This document shows, piece after piece, positions 7,832 through 16,643 of a DNA stretch of 64,000 nucleotides. The notes under the pieces are model-generated. The model made no database searches and was not told the origin of the DNA. It worked only from the letters and a program-made list of their open reading frames with translations. Each line of letters starts with the position of its first letter. Position 1 is the stretch's first letter. The stretch covers positions 43,608 to 107,607 of the forward strand of contig JBGAOP010000005.1 of assembly GCA_044221735.1 (NCBI GenBank), given 5' to 3'. Source of the DNA: Phycisphaerales bacterium. Its GTDB lineage: Bacteria > Planctomycetota > Phycisphaerae > Phycisphaerales > UBA1924. The position numbers and the translations under genes are program-made.

Positions 7832-10582
7832 TTATGGGCAGCCGAAGAACCAGGCGTTCAGGTAATCGAAGATGTCCTGGACGGTCAGGCCGCCCTGGCC
7901 GTTGAAGTCGCTCCGGGGGTCGCCGGCGAACCACAGGTTGAGGAAGGCAAAGATGTCGGCGACGGCGATGCTGCCGCTGGCGTCAACGTCGATGTTGCCG
8001 CGCGAGCCGGGGAAGCTGGTCGGGTCGCCGGGATTGGCGCACGACGCGAGTTCGTCGCCGTCGAGGTATCCATCGCCGTCGCGGTCGATGCCCATGCGGA
8101 GCTGGGCCCCGGCGGGAACGACGGTGAAGGTGATCTCGGAGCCGGCGGCCGCGCTGGTGCGGAGGTCGGTGACGGTGCTGTGGGGCTCGGCGGCCCGGTC
8201 GGACTGCATGTCGCCGACGGCGGTGAAGTACCACCCGCGGGAGACGCCGGCGCGCCGGCCGCGGGCGATGATGCCCACGGTGCCGGAGTTGGCGAGGGAG
8301 ACGAAGGTGCCGAGCTTGGAGACCAGCGTGGCATCGGTGTTGTTGGTGCCGTCGAACGTGATCTGCTGGCCGACGGCGGGGTGGGTGTCGCCGGGGAAGC
8401 AGAGGAGGAAGGCCTCGAGGTCGTGCTTCTGCTGCTCGCCGGCCGCGCCGGGCTGGAGCGAGAAGTTCGATCCGCCGAGGTGGGCGAAGATCGTCTCGAA
8501 CTCGCTGTCGTGGTTGATGCCGAAGCCCCGGATGGACTGCTGGCTGGACTTGTCGAACGTGGGCTTGCGGTACAGGCCGCGAAGTTGGGCCATCTTCATG
8601 GACTGCGGGGCGTTGGCGGTATTGGCGTCGTCGATCTTGCCATTGGTGCCGGTGGTGACGGTGTGGCAGGTGGTGCACTTGAACGCGCCGATGACGGGCG
8701 TGTTCTGGAAGATGTTGAGTCCGTTTGAGGGGCTGCCCGTGGTGTTGCCCAGCGTGGGGAGTGTCGCGGGCATGGAGTCGACGATGGTGCGGTTGGGGTT
8801 GGGCGGGTACTTGATGCTGGCGATGAAGCTGGTGAACTGGGCCAGCTCCGTGGCGGTGGGCTCGGCGTCCATGCCCTGCAGGCCGGTGAACGCCGGGCCA
8901 AACGCGGCGACGTTTTCGCGGTCGCCGCGCCAGTGGAGCGGCTCGGACCCCACGATGCCCTGGAGCGACTGGGTGACCATCGGGCCCTTCATGGGGTGCC
9001 ACGGGGCGCAGAAGAAGAACGTGCTGAAGCAGGTGCCGTTGACATTCTTCATGGCGCCGGCGGGGCTGCCGAGGTCCCACGCGAGGAAGTCGGCCTTGCC
9101 GTCGAGATGGCAGGATGCGCACGAGGCTTGGCCGAGGCCGCTGGTGCGGTGGGTGTCGTAGAGGAACGGACGGCCAAGCTTGATGGAGGAGGGCGTGGGG
9201 TCGAAGAAGCGGACGCGGGCCGTCTCGGTGTTCGTGGAGGTGTCGATCGCGGAGACCGAACCGTCAAACTTGTTGAGGCTGAACAGGCGGGAGCCGTCGG
9301 CGGTGAGCGCCAGACCGGTCGGGCCGCCGTTGCCGCCGATGTTCACCTCGCCGAAGCGCGAGCCGGTGGAATCCGTGACGATGACGTTGTTCGAGCCCAT
9401 GCCCGCGACATACGCGCGGCCGCTGGTGGGATGCCAGACGATGGCGCGCGGATCGCCGATGGACAAGTTGCGGAACCCCTGCGGGAGGCTGGCGACGTCG
9501 TAGAGCAGGTGGGGGTTGAGATCGACAACGCTCGTGCCCGTCGGCGCGACCGGATTGAACGCGCCCATCTCCACGCGGACGAACTTGGCTTTCACGATCG
9601 GCTCGAAGCGGACCTCGTTGCGGGCGTCGAGGCCCACGGGCGTGACAACGCCGTCGGGGCGAATGCCGAGCGCCATGACGGTGCTGAGCATGCCCTTGGC
9701 GTAGGTGACGGCAAGCGTTGAGGCGTCGATGATCGCCACGTCGTTATCGGCGAGGTTCCACGTGACGAACGAAGACCAGTTGCGGTTGTTGTCGTCCATC
9801 CACGCGCCGGCCGCGTTGCGGCGGACGATCTGTGCCACCTGCGGCGGCGTCGGCAGACCGGCGGCGAGGGGCGGGTTGAAGGCGGTGCCGCTGTTGGGCG
9901 GCGGGTTCTGTCCGCCGTAGGGGCCGGCGGCGTTGCTCACGTCCTGACGCTTGACGATGGTGGTCTGGTTGCCGGAGCCGAAGATGCCGACGTAGACCTT
10001 CGAGCCGTCGGCGCTGGCGAGCAGCGTGCGCGGGTCGGAGCCGGCGATGGCGATCGTCGTCGGCGCGGCCGCGAGATTGCTGACTGTGTAGACCTTGACC
10101 TGGTTCAGCGCAGCGCACGTGACGAAGGCGCGGCCCGAGGCGAACGCGACGTCTGCCGGCTCATCGCCCGGGAAGAGCGTGCGCACGATGTGCGAGGTTG
10201 GGAGATCGATGATGGAGACCGAGTCGGAGATCTGGTTCACCACCCACGCCTCGGTCTCGGTCCGGCACTTCACACTGACAGGATCGATGCCGACGCCGAT
10301 GGAGCGGAGCAGGCGCGGCGTGGAGGCGTACGCGCCCGTGACATCGAAGACCTCAAGGCGCGAGTCGGCCGTGTTCACGGCCAGCAGCGTGGAGCCCGAG
10401 GGTGTAAGGGCCAGCGGCGAGACATGGGCGGATTCCCAGTTCACAAACCCGGGCTGGGCGTGCGCGACCGAGACCGGGATAAACGGGAGCGCGGCCGCGG
10501 ACATGATCGCCACCAGGGGCGCAGCGACAGCCAGTCTTGAGTGTGGAACGCGGACCATGTCCATGCGGAGATCATGCCCCAT
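7832..10582 (-). CDS. secreted beta-propeller (YVTN/lactonase-like) + di-heme cytochrome c peroxidase-like protein with GC-terminated dockerin-like tag
   Basis: Signal peptide ...MVRVPHSRLAVAAPLVAIMSAAALPFIPVSVAHAQ (start ambiguous: 10582, 10564 or 10558). Two CxxCH motifs ('SCASCHLDGKADF', 'KCTTCHTV'). C-terminus '...IAVADIFAFLNLWFAGDPRSDFNGQGGLTVQDIFDYLNAWFFGCP*'. Confidence 0.85.
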   Translation of the reverse strand: MGHDLRMDMVRVPHSRLAVAAPLVAIMSAAALPFIPVSVAHAQPGFVNWESAHVSPLALTPSGSTLLAVNTADSRLEVFDVTGAYASTPRLLRSIGVGIDPVSVKCRTETEAWVVNQISDSVSIIDLPTSHIVRTLFPGDEPADVAFASGRAFVTCAALNQVKVYTVSNLAAAPTTIAIAGSDPRTLLASADGSKVYVGIFGSGNQTTIVKRQDVSNAAGPYGGQNPPPNSGTAFNPPLAAGLPTPPQVAQIVRRNAAGAWMDDNNRNWSSFVTWNLADNDVAIIDASTLAVTYAKGMLSTVMALGIRPDGVVTPVGLDARNEVRFEPIVKAKFVRVEMGAFNPVAPTGTSVVDLNPHLLYDVASLPQGFRNLSIGDPRAIVWHPTSGRAYVAGMGSNNVIVTDSTGSRFGEVNIGGNGGPTGLALTADGSRLFSLNKFDGSVSAIDTSTNTETARVRFFDPTPSSIKLGRPFLYDTHRTSGLGQASCASCHLDGKADFLAWDLGSPAGAMKNVNGTCFSTFFFCAPWHPMKGPMVTQSLQGIVGSEPLHWRGDRENVAAFGPAFTGLQGMDAEPTATELAQFTSFIASIKYPPNPNRTIVDSMPATLPTLGNTTGSPSNGLNIFQNTPVIGAFKCTTCHTVTTGTNGKIDDANTANAPQSMKMAQLRGLYRKPTFDKSSQQSIRGFGINHDSEFETIFAHLGGSNFSLQPGAAGEQQKHDLEAFLLCFPGDTHPAVGQQITFDGTNNTDATLVSKLGTFVSLANSGTVGIIARGRRAGVSRGWYFTAVGDMQSDRAAEPHSTVTDLRTSAAAGSEITFTVVPAGAQLRMGIDRDGDGYLDGDELASCANPGDPTSFPGSRGNIDVDASGSIAVADIFAFLNLWFAGDPRSDFNGQGGLTVQDIFDYLNAWFFGCP

Positions 10583-10675
10583 GGGCCCGTCCGTGCCACT
10601 CTCCGGGAAATCGTGGGGGCGTTCGGGGCACGAATTGTGCCAATAACACAGTGGAACCATGGGTGATACCGGGGG

Positions 10676-11338
10676 CTAGGCCGCGTCGGCGGAACGCATC
10701 TGGGCGACGAGGACCCGCAGCTTGGCCTCGTCGAGGCGACCGGCAGTACGAACGCCGTTGCACAGGTCGATGCCGAACGGCCGGACCGAACGGATCGCCT
10801 CGCCGACGTTGTCGGCCTTGATCCCGCCGGCGAGGAAGACGGGGCGGGCGGCCTCGGCCACGAGGCGGGCGCTGATCGTCCAATCGTGCGTGCGGCCGGT
10901 GCCGCCGAGTTCCTTGACGGCCGCGGCGGGGCGGCCGGAGTCGAGAAGCAGCGCATCGACGTGCGGGGCGAGCCTGGTGGCGTCGTCGAGGACGGTGTGG
11001 TCCTGCACGTGGAGCACCTGCACAATGCGGACGGCGGGGGCGTGGCGACGCAGCAGCGGAAAGGCGGCGTCGGGGACGGCGTCGACAAGTTGCACGGTGT
11101 TCACGCCGGCGGCAAGAACGTGCTCGACGATGTGGTGCGGGTCGGTTCGGGACGTGAGCAAAAACGTGGCGACGCCGGGCGGCACGGAACGGGCGATCTC
11201 GGCGATGAGGGCATCGTCGATCGGGCCGGGCCCGCTGGGCATGGCGCCGACGAGCCCGAGAGCGTCGGCCCCCAGGCGCGTCGCCAGCCGGGCTTCCTCG
11301 ACGGAGGCGATGCAGCAGACTTTCAGGCGCGTGCGCAT
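10676..11338 (-). CDS. trpF: phosphoribosylanthranilate isomerase
   Basis: 'LKVCCIASVEEA', 'ELGGTGRTHDW' and 'FLAGGIKADNV' are typical TrpF blocks. Confidence 0.85.
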   Translation of the reverse strand: MRTRLKVCCIASVEEARLATRLGADALGLVGAMPSGPGPIDDALIAEIARSVPPGVATFLLTSRTDPHHIVEHVLAAGVNTVQLVDAVPDAAFPLLRRHAPAVRIVQVLHVQDHTVLDDATRLAPHVDALLLDSGRPAAAVKELGGTGRTHDWTISARLVAEAARPVFLAGGIKADNVGEAIRSVRPFGIDLCNGVRTAGRLDEAKLRVLVAQMRSADAA

Positions 11339-11362
11339 GGGCGGACACTATGCTCTGGGGCG

Positions 11363-11956
11363 ATGACGCGACGCGTGGAGATGCACGAGGCGGCGGCGGT
11401 GATCCGTGGCATGCGGTCGGCGATCATCGCCGAGGGGCCGCGGCCGTTTGTCGTGGGCGTAACGGGGCCGGTCGGCGCGGGAAAGAGCACGCTGGCGGCG
11501 CGTCTGTCGGCGTGCATCATCGCGACGGATCACTACCTGCCTGACTACGACACGACGCCGCAGCACGAGCGCGACCTGCCGGAACGCTCGGACCTTGCGC
11601 GATTGCTGGCCGACCTGCGGTCGCTTCGGTCGGGGCGACCGACGGCGATCCCGCAATGGTCGTTCCACACGCACTCGCGCATCGGTGAGCGGACGGTGGA
11701 CCCAGCGGAGGTGATCGTGGTCGAGGGCCTGCACGCACTGCACGAGACGCACGCGGGAGCGCTCGATGTGCGGGTGTACGTGGATGCGCCGCCGGACGTC
11801 CGGCTGGCGCGATGGGAGAACCTGGCGCGAACGGGAGAGCGCGGCTGGGGCGTGGAGGAGACGCGGGAGTTCTTTGTGCGCGTGGCCGAGCCGACATTCC
11901 ATGCGCGGTCCGGCGGCTATCGCGACGCGGCCCACGTGGTCGTCGTCAATGCTTAA
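11363..11956 (+). CDS. uridine kinase / phosphoribulokinase family P-loop kinase
   Basis: In-frame ATG at 11363. P-loop 'GVTGPVGAGKSTLA', plus 'VIVVEGLHAL' and 'VRVYVDAPPDVRLAR'. The upstream part of ORF 10886.. is antisense to trpF. Confidence 0.7.
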   Translation: MTRRVEMHEAAAVIRGMRSAIIAEGPRPFVVGVTGPVGAGKSTLAARLSACIIATDHYLPDYDTTPQHERDLPERSDLARLLADLRSLRSGRPTAIPQWSFHTHSRIGERTVDPAEVIVVEGLHALHETHAGALDVRVYVDAPPDVRLARWENLARTGERGWGVEETREFFVRVAEPTFHARSGGYRDAAHVVVVNA

Positions 11957-12266
11957 CCATGGCGAGCATGGCCTTGCGCTCGGGTGTGTAGGCCCACCAG
12001 GGTCGCTCTCGGCCGGTCTTGGCGAAGTCCACCGCGGCCATGAAGACGTCGATGCAGCACGGATCGTGGCGTGCGCCGTCGAGGCGGCACAAGCGCGTGT
12101 AGAGCGTCATCGGGTTGCGACGGGCGAGGTCCTTCACGGAGCGGACGCGAAGGCGGACAAGGTCCTCGGCGGTGGCGGCGCCGACGTTTGGAATCGTTCG
12201 GAACTCGATAAACGCGGCCTCGAAGCCTTTCGGGATGCGCGGGGTGCCTGATGCGGGGAGGGCCAT
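11946..12266 (-). CDS. helix-hairpin-helix domain protein (Cdd1/'pathogenicity locus'-like, tentative)
   Basis: Only the last 106 codons of ORF 11946..13103 look genuine ('FRTIPNVGAATAEDLVRLRVRSVKDLARRNPMTLY...'). ATG at 12266. Its 3' end overlaps the convergent kinase gene by 11 nt. Confidence 0.55.
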   Translation of the reverse strand: MALPASGTPRIPKGFEAAFIEFRTIPNVGAATAEDLVRLRVRSVKDLARRNPMTLYTRLCRLDGARHDPCCIDVFMAAVDFAKTGRERPWWAYTPERKAMLAMVKH

Positions 12267-12359
12267 GAGGTGGAGCGTATTCGGAGCGACGCTGGGTGGC
12301 GTGGGGAGCGCCCATCGCGGGCGATTCGGACTCGGCGGCGGAGGTGGCAGGAGCATCGC

Positions 12360-13391
12360 ATGCGCTTGGGTGTCAGGATCATGCTCGCCTCGATACTCGC
12401 GGCGAGTGTTCTCACCGCGACGGGATGTCGCTCGGGCACACTCGCGGTCTCCGGGCGCGGCGAGCGTGTGAAGGCCGACGACGGATTCGAAGTCATGGCG
12501 TACCGATTCGCGCAGTCTCCGCCGCCCGCGGGCGAACCGCGGGCGACCGTGCTGTACATCCAGGGTTCGGAGGACCGGAGCGTGACGGGCGCGATGGGAT
12601 CGCTCGCGGGGTTCTGCGCGATGGGGGCACCGGTGATCGCGGCCGAACGCCGCGGCGTGTCGCCGGATGGAACGGTTGACGCGGCCGTGGCGCTGAAAAA
12701 CTCGACGAAGGCGTGCCGCGTTGGGGACGCGATGGCGGTGCTCCGCTGGGGCACCGCGGATGCGCCGACCGGAAGGCCGGTGGTGGTGTTGGGGGCGAGC
12801 GAGGGGGGCGATGTGGCCGCGGCGGTGGCGGCGAGGTCGAAGATCGTGACGCACGTGATCCTGCTGGGCAGCGCCGGGGGATGGACGCAGGAGGAGGAGT
12901 TTCGGCATTTCGTCCGGACGCGAGGGACGTACCTGGGCCTGGCGAGCGAGGCGGACCTCGATGCGCGGGTGGCGGACATCAGGAGCCACCCGGATGCGGA
13001 CACGATGTGGGCCGGGCATCCGTACAGGCGGTGGAGCTCGTTCATGTTCGAGAGACCGGCGGACGACCTGCTCCGGGTTGAGTGTCCGATCCTTGTTGTG
13101 CATGGGGACAGGGACGACTCAGTGCCGGTCGAGGGGGCGCGGGCGCTGCGCGAGGCGTTCGCGCGGGCGGGCAAGACCAATCTGACGTTTGTCGAGATTC
13201 CAGGCGTGGACCACCGTTTCGCCGATCCGGCCACGGGAAAGCCCAAGCTGCCGCTCGTCGAGGTGGCGATCGTGGAGTGGCTGGGCAAACAGGGCGTGCT
13301 GGATGCGGGGGAAGTTGGGGTGTATCTGCAGCGCGTGCGGGCGGCCCACCGGGACCTGTTCCCGGGAGATACGGGAAAGGGCGGGCGATGA
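12360..13391 (+). CDS. alpha/beta hydrolase, secreted or possible lipoprotein
   Basis: ATG at 12360. Signal 'MRLGVRIMLASILAASVLTATGC'. Nucleophile elbow 'VLGASEGGD'. 'ILVVHGDRDDSVP' and 'GVDHRF' give the Asp/His region. Confidence 0.75.
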   Translation: MRLGVRIMLASILAASVLTATGCRSGTLAVSGRGERVKADDGFEVMAYRFAQSPPPAGEPRATVLYIQGSEDRSVTGAMGSLAGFCAMGAPVIAAERRGVSPDGTVDAAVALKNSTKACRVGDAMAVLRWGTADAPTGRPVVVLGASEGGDVAAAVAARSKIVTHVILLGSAGGWTQEEEFRHFVRTRGTYLGLASEADLDARVADIRSHPDADTMWAGHPYRRWSSFMFERPADDLLRVECPILVVHGDRDDSVPVEGARALREAFARAGKTNLTFVEIPGVDHRFADPATGKPKLPLVEVAIVEWLGKQGVLDAGEVGVYLQRVRAAHRDLFPGDTGKGGR

Positions 13392-13458
13392 CGGTGCTTT
13401 GCGGAACAGGGGGGGCGGCGACTACGATGGGGTTTCCCAGTCGTGGAGCGCACGCCCG

Positions 13459-14010
13459 ATGGCCTGGATCACCAAGAACTCTGCCGCGATGAAGGTCGAA
13501 CGTCGGGCCGAGCCGTACCTGACCGACGCGATGAAGAAGGACCTGTCGCAGCGGGTGCTGCCGCGGTACGAGCTCAAGCAGGGCGCGCTGCTGCCGTGCC
13601 TGCACACGATCCAGCACGAGTACGGGTGGATCCCGGCGCAGGCGATGCTGGAGATCGCGGAGTTCCTCGGCATCCCGCCGGGCAACGTGATCGATACGGC
13701 GTCGTTCTACGAGGAGTACTGGCTCAAGCCCAAGGGCAAGCATCTGATCCAGGTCTGCCGCTCGATCGCCTGCGAGTTCTGCGGGCAGAAGGAAGTGACC
13801 CAGGCGTGCAAGGACGCGCTGGGGATCGACGTCGGCGAGACGACCAAGGACGGCCGCTTCACGCTTGTCGAGCTCGAGTGCCTCGGGTCGTGCGGGACCG
13901 CGCCGGCGATGCTTGTCGATGAGACGCTCTATGAGAACGTGCAGCCCGGATCGATCCAGCGGCTGCTGGGCGAGCACGAGAAGGCCCACGGCGGCCACGG
14001 GCATCACTGA
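13459..14010 (+). CDS. nuoE: NuoE-like thioredoxin-fold [2Fe-2S] ferredoxin (NADH dehydrogenase 24-kDa subunit family)
   Basis: 'ALLPCLHTIQHEYGWIP', 'IQVCRSIACEFCG' and 'ECLGSCGTAPAMLVD' supply four Cys ligands in the NuoE pattern. Start at 13459 (GGAG upstream) or 13489. Confidence 0.85.
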   Translation: MAWITKNSAAMKVERRAEPYLTDAMKKDLSQRVLPRYELKQGALLPCLHTIQHEYGWIPAQAMLEIAEFLGIPPGNVIDTASFYEEYWLKPKGKHLIQVCRSIACEFCGQKEVTQACKDALGIDVGETTKDGRFTLVELECLGSCGTAPAMLVDETLYENVQPGSIQRLLGEHEKAHGGHGHH

Positions 14011-14034
14011 GCGCATTCGGAGGGGCATGGACGC

Positions 14035-14310
14035 ATGAGCACCGGGCCTCGGCACAATCAGGCAAGCCCGAACCCGCCGAAATCGCTGATGCGCAACCTC
14101 GGCGAGTTCTTCGGACACATCGTCGAGGGTGTGAAGAGCGGTCCTGAGGGGGGAAACCCGCAGGTGCCCGCCTCTCCGGCTTCCACGCACATGCCCGCCG
14201 CGCCGTCGAGCGTGGTTCGTGAACACGTGCAGGAGCAGGAAATCCATACCCCGCAAGGCAAGATCGTGCTTCGGCGGCGGATCATCGACGAGGTCGAGCC
14301 GCGCCCGTAG
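14035..14310 (+). CDS. hypothetical small protein
   Basis: 91-aa ORF with GGAGGGG about 10 nt upstream, 24 nt after the nuoE-like stop. No recognisable motif. Confidence 0.4.
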   Translation: MSTGPRHNQASPNPPKSLMRNLGEFFGHIVEGVKSGPEGGNPQVPASPASTHMPAAPSSVVREHVQEQEIHTPQGKIVLRRRIIDEVEPRP

Positions 14311-14611
14311 GACGCGATGAACGGCCTTTATTCATCGCGGCCAGCGGCGGCCACCGGGGTGATCCCTTTGGCCAAATGCAGCCACGGGCGCGGATTCGAG
14401 AAGTCTGAACAGTTTGGGGCTTGCATGGCCGGACGAATGTGATAGGTTAAACGTCGACAGCCCCGATGGCCGTGTCTGTCTCTCGAGGACATGCGAAACC
14501 GGGAACCTGTAGGTCGGCGCTCGTGGGAACGCGCTGATCGCTGGTACACCGCGTCCTCTCCCACACAACCAAGGCTTATTGGAACCGAGGCAGTCGGTTC
14601 CACAGCACGAC

Positions 14612-14655
14612 AGGAAGAAGGCCGTTGCGCGTTGCAGCGGCCTGCTTCCTTTTTG
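14612..14655 (+). terminator. rho-independent terminator (3' end of a candidate small RNA or long 3'UTR)
   Basis: Stem aggaagaaggccg / cggcctgcttcct (one A-G mismatch) followed by tttt. Preceded by a perfect 8-bp hairpin ggaaccga-ggcag-tcggttcc at 14581-14601. Confidence 0.65.
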
Positions 14656-14742
14656 GGGTTTGCGAGCCCTCCGCGCGAGCGAAGGACGTGTGTGAGGTCT
14701 TGAAAGTCATCCTGCGCTTGCGCGGCGCGCTCGTAGAGCTGT

Positions 14743-15282
14743 TCATGCGGGCGGCTGGAAGCACGTGCGGCAGCGCGGCTGGTACAGCTCGGCCCCGCCG
14801 ACGACGATTGCGGCGTCGGATGCGATCATGCGCTGCGAGTGCACCGAGGGGCCGCCACAGACCGCGCACGCGCCGGAGAGTTTGACGACCTCATCGGCCT
14901 CGCACAACATCGCGGGGAAGGGTTCGAAGGGTTGGCCGCGGTGGTCGCGCTCGACGCCCGCGACGATGATGCGCGTGCCGCGGGCGATGAGCGACCTCAC
15001 AACCGGCGTGAGCGCGGGACCGAAGAAGTGGATCTCGTCGATGGCGAGGACGTCGGCGCTGCCGGCGGCGGCGGGGATGTCCGCTGCTTCCGTTACTGGC
15101 GCGGCCGGAAATGTCTGGCCCGTGTGCGTGGCAATCTCGAGGACGCGATAGCGCGTGTCGCGGGCGGGCTTGACGGCGATGACCGACTCCCCCGCGGCCT
15201 GGGCCGACAGCAGGCGGCGGACCAGCTCGGTGGTCTTGCCGGCAAACATCGGGCCGCAGATGACTTCGAGGCGTCCGGGCAT
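14743..15282 (-). CDS. tdk: thymidine kinase
   Basis: 'GPMFAGKTTEL' P-loop, 'IDEIHFF', and C-terminal zinc motif 'CAVCG...RCRTCF'. Confidence 0.9.
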   Translation of the reverse strand: MPGRLEVICGPMFAGKTTELVRRLLSAQAAGESVIAVKPARDTRYRVLEIATHTGQTFPAAPVTEAADIPAAAGSADVLAIDEIHFFGPALTPVVRSLIARGTRIIVAGVERDHRGQPFEPFPAMLCEADEVVKLSGACAVCGGPSVHSQRMIASDAAIVVGGAELYQPRCRTCFQPPA

Positions 15283-15297
15283 GGGAGGGGGTGGTGA

Positions 15298-16593
15298 TTA
15301 TTCGATGAAGAGTCCGGCGATGCTGGCGGTCATCTGGGTGGCGAGCGCGCCGCCGAGCATGGCCCGCAGGGCGAGTGTGGCGAAGTCCTTGCGACGCTCG
15401 GGGGCGAGCACGGAAAGCCCGCCGATCTGGATGGCGATGGATGCGAAGTTGGCGAAGCCACACAGGGCGTAGGCGCCGATCTGTGCGGAGCGCGAGGTGA
15501 TGGCCCCGGAGTGCTTGGCCGCGCCGAGGTCGAGGTACGCGACAAACTCGGTCAGGATGAGCTTCTCCCCGAGCAGGCCGCCGAGCGTGAAGCAGTCCTG
15601 CCAGGGGATGCCCATGGTCCAGGCGAGCGGGGCGAAGATCCATCCGAGGATGACCTGCAGCGAGAGGCCGTTCTTCATGCCGTGCTCAACGAGCCAGGGC
15701 TTGAGGGCATCGGTCTCGCCGAGGGCGTGCAAGGGCCAGTTGATCAGGGCGAGGAGAGACACGAAGGCGATGAGCATGGCGGCGATGTTGATGGCGAGCC
15801 GCGCGCCGGTGGTGGCTCCTCCGGCCGCGGCGTCGAAGACGTTGGCGTGGTCTTCCTCGGCGATGGTGGCGATGCTGCGGGCGTCCTCGGGCGGGGGCGT
15901 CTGGGTCTCGGGCATGATGATGCGGGCCATGACAAACGCGGCCGGCGCGCTCATCAGGCTGGCACCGATGAGGTGTGTGGCGTAGCGGGCCTGCTCGGCT
16001 TTGTCGTCGCCGCCGAGCATCATGACGTATGCCCCGAGCACGGACCCGGCGATGTGGGCGAAGCCGCCGAGCATGATGAGCATGAGCTGGGCCCGCGTCA
16101 TGGCGGGGATGAGCGGCTTGACGGTGAGCGGGGCCTCGGTCTGCCCGATGAAGATGTTCGCGGCCATGCACGTGGCCTCGGCCCCGGTCACGCGCAGGGT
16201 GGTGCGGAGGCACCACGCCAGCGCGGCCACGATGCGCTGCATCACGCCGATGTAGTACAGCACGCTCATGAGCGCGGAGAAGAAGATGATGATGGGGAGG
16301 ACCTTGAACGCGAAGACGAATCCCCACGGGCCGCTGGGATCGCCGACCTTGCCGAAGACGAAGTCGATGCCCTTCTGGGACATCTGGATGACGGTGTTCA
16401 CGAACTCGCCGACGTAGTGGAAGCCGTCCTTGAGGACGGGCACCCGCAGGATGGCGGCGGCGAGGGCGAGTTGCACCAGCACGCCGACGCCGACGAGACG
16501 CCAGCGGATGTTCCGCCGGTCGTAGGACAGGCAGACCCCGAGGGCGATCATCACGAGCACACCAAGCAAGCCGATGTAGCGGTCCATGGCCAC
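15298..16593 (-). CDS. nupC: NupC/NupG-family concentrative nucleoside transporter
   Basis: Polytopic membrane protein with CNT-family N- and C-terminal blocks ('GIDFVFGKVG', 'GFANFASIAIQIGG'). The first codon at 16593 is GTG; ATG alternative at 16587. It lies 15 nt upstream of tdk. Confidence 0.9.
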   Translation of the reverse strand: MAMDRYIGLLGVLVMIALGVCLSYDRRNIRWRLVGVGVLVQLALAAAILRVPVLKDGFHYVGEFVNTVIQMSQKGIDFVFGKVGDPSGPWGFVFAFKVLPIIIFFSALMSVLYYIGVMQRIVAALAWCLRTTLRVTGAEATCMAANIFIGQTEAPLTVKPLIPAMTRAQLMLIMLGGFAHIAGSVLGAYVMMLGGDDKAEQARYATHLIGASLMSAPAAFVMARIIMPETQTPPPEDARSIATIAEEDHANVFDAAAGGATTGARLAINIAAMLIAFVSLLALINWPLHALGETDALKPWLVEHGMKNGLSLQVILGWIFAPLAWTMGIPWQDCFTLGGLLGEKLILTEFVAYLDLGAAKHSGAITSRSAQIGAYALCGFANFASIAIQIGGLSVLAPERRKDFATLALRAMLGGALATQMTASIAGLFIE

Positions 16594-16643
16594 CAGTAGA
16601 CCACGTGAGCGCTCGGGGTGTCAAGCCCGAACGGGGTTCCGGC

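Noticed and set aside
10583-10612. TGGCAC motif upstream of the beta-propeller/di-haem gene, considered as a sigma-54 promoter. The same applies to other isolated TGGCAC hits, for example near 7655, 47156 and 47513
   Set aside because: The -12 element (GC at the correct spacing, TTGC-like) is absent, so these are single hexamer matches expected by chance in GC-rich DNA.
11946-11956. Convergent 3'-end overlaps (11946-11956 for kinase/HhH, 26076-26086 for ICMT/lepB), considered as evidence of mis-annotation or antisense regulation
   Set aside because: Short convergent overlaps are common in compact high-GC genomes. Both partners have independent family support, so nothing further can be inferred from the sequence alone.
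14328-14885. Small ORFs in the nuoE-tdk gap (14328..14603 -, 14491..14703 +, 14576..14869 -, 14625..14885 +)
   Set aside because: They have no SD or start context and Arg-rich, implausible translations. Some overlap tdk antisense. The region is better explained as non-coding structured RNA plus a terminator.
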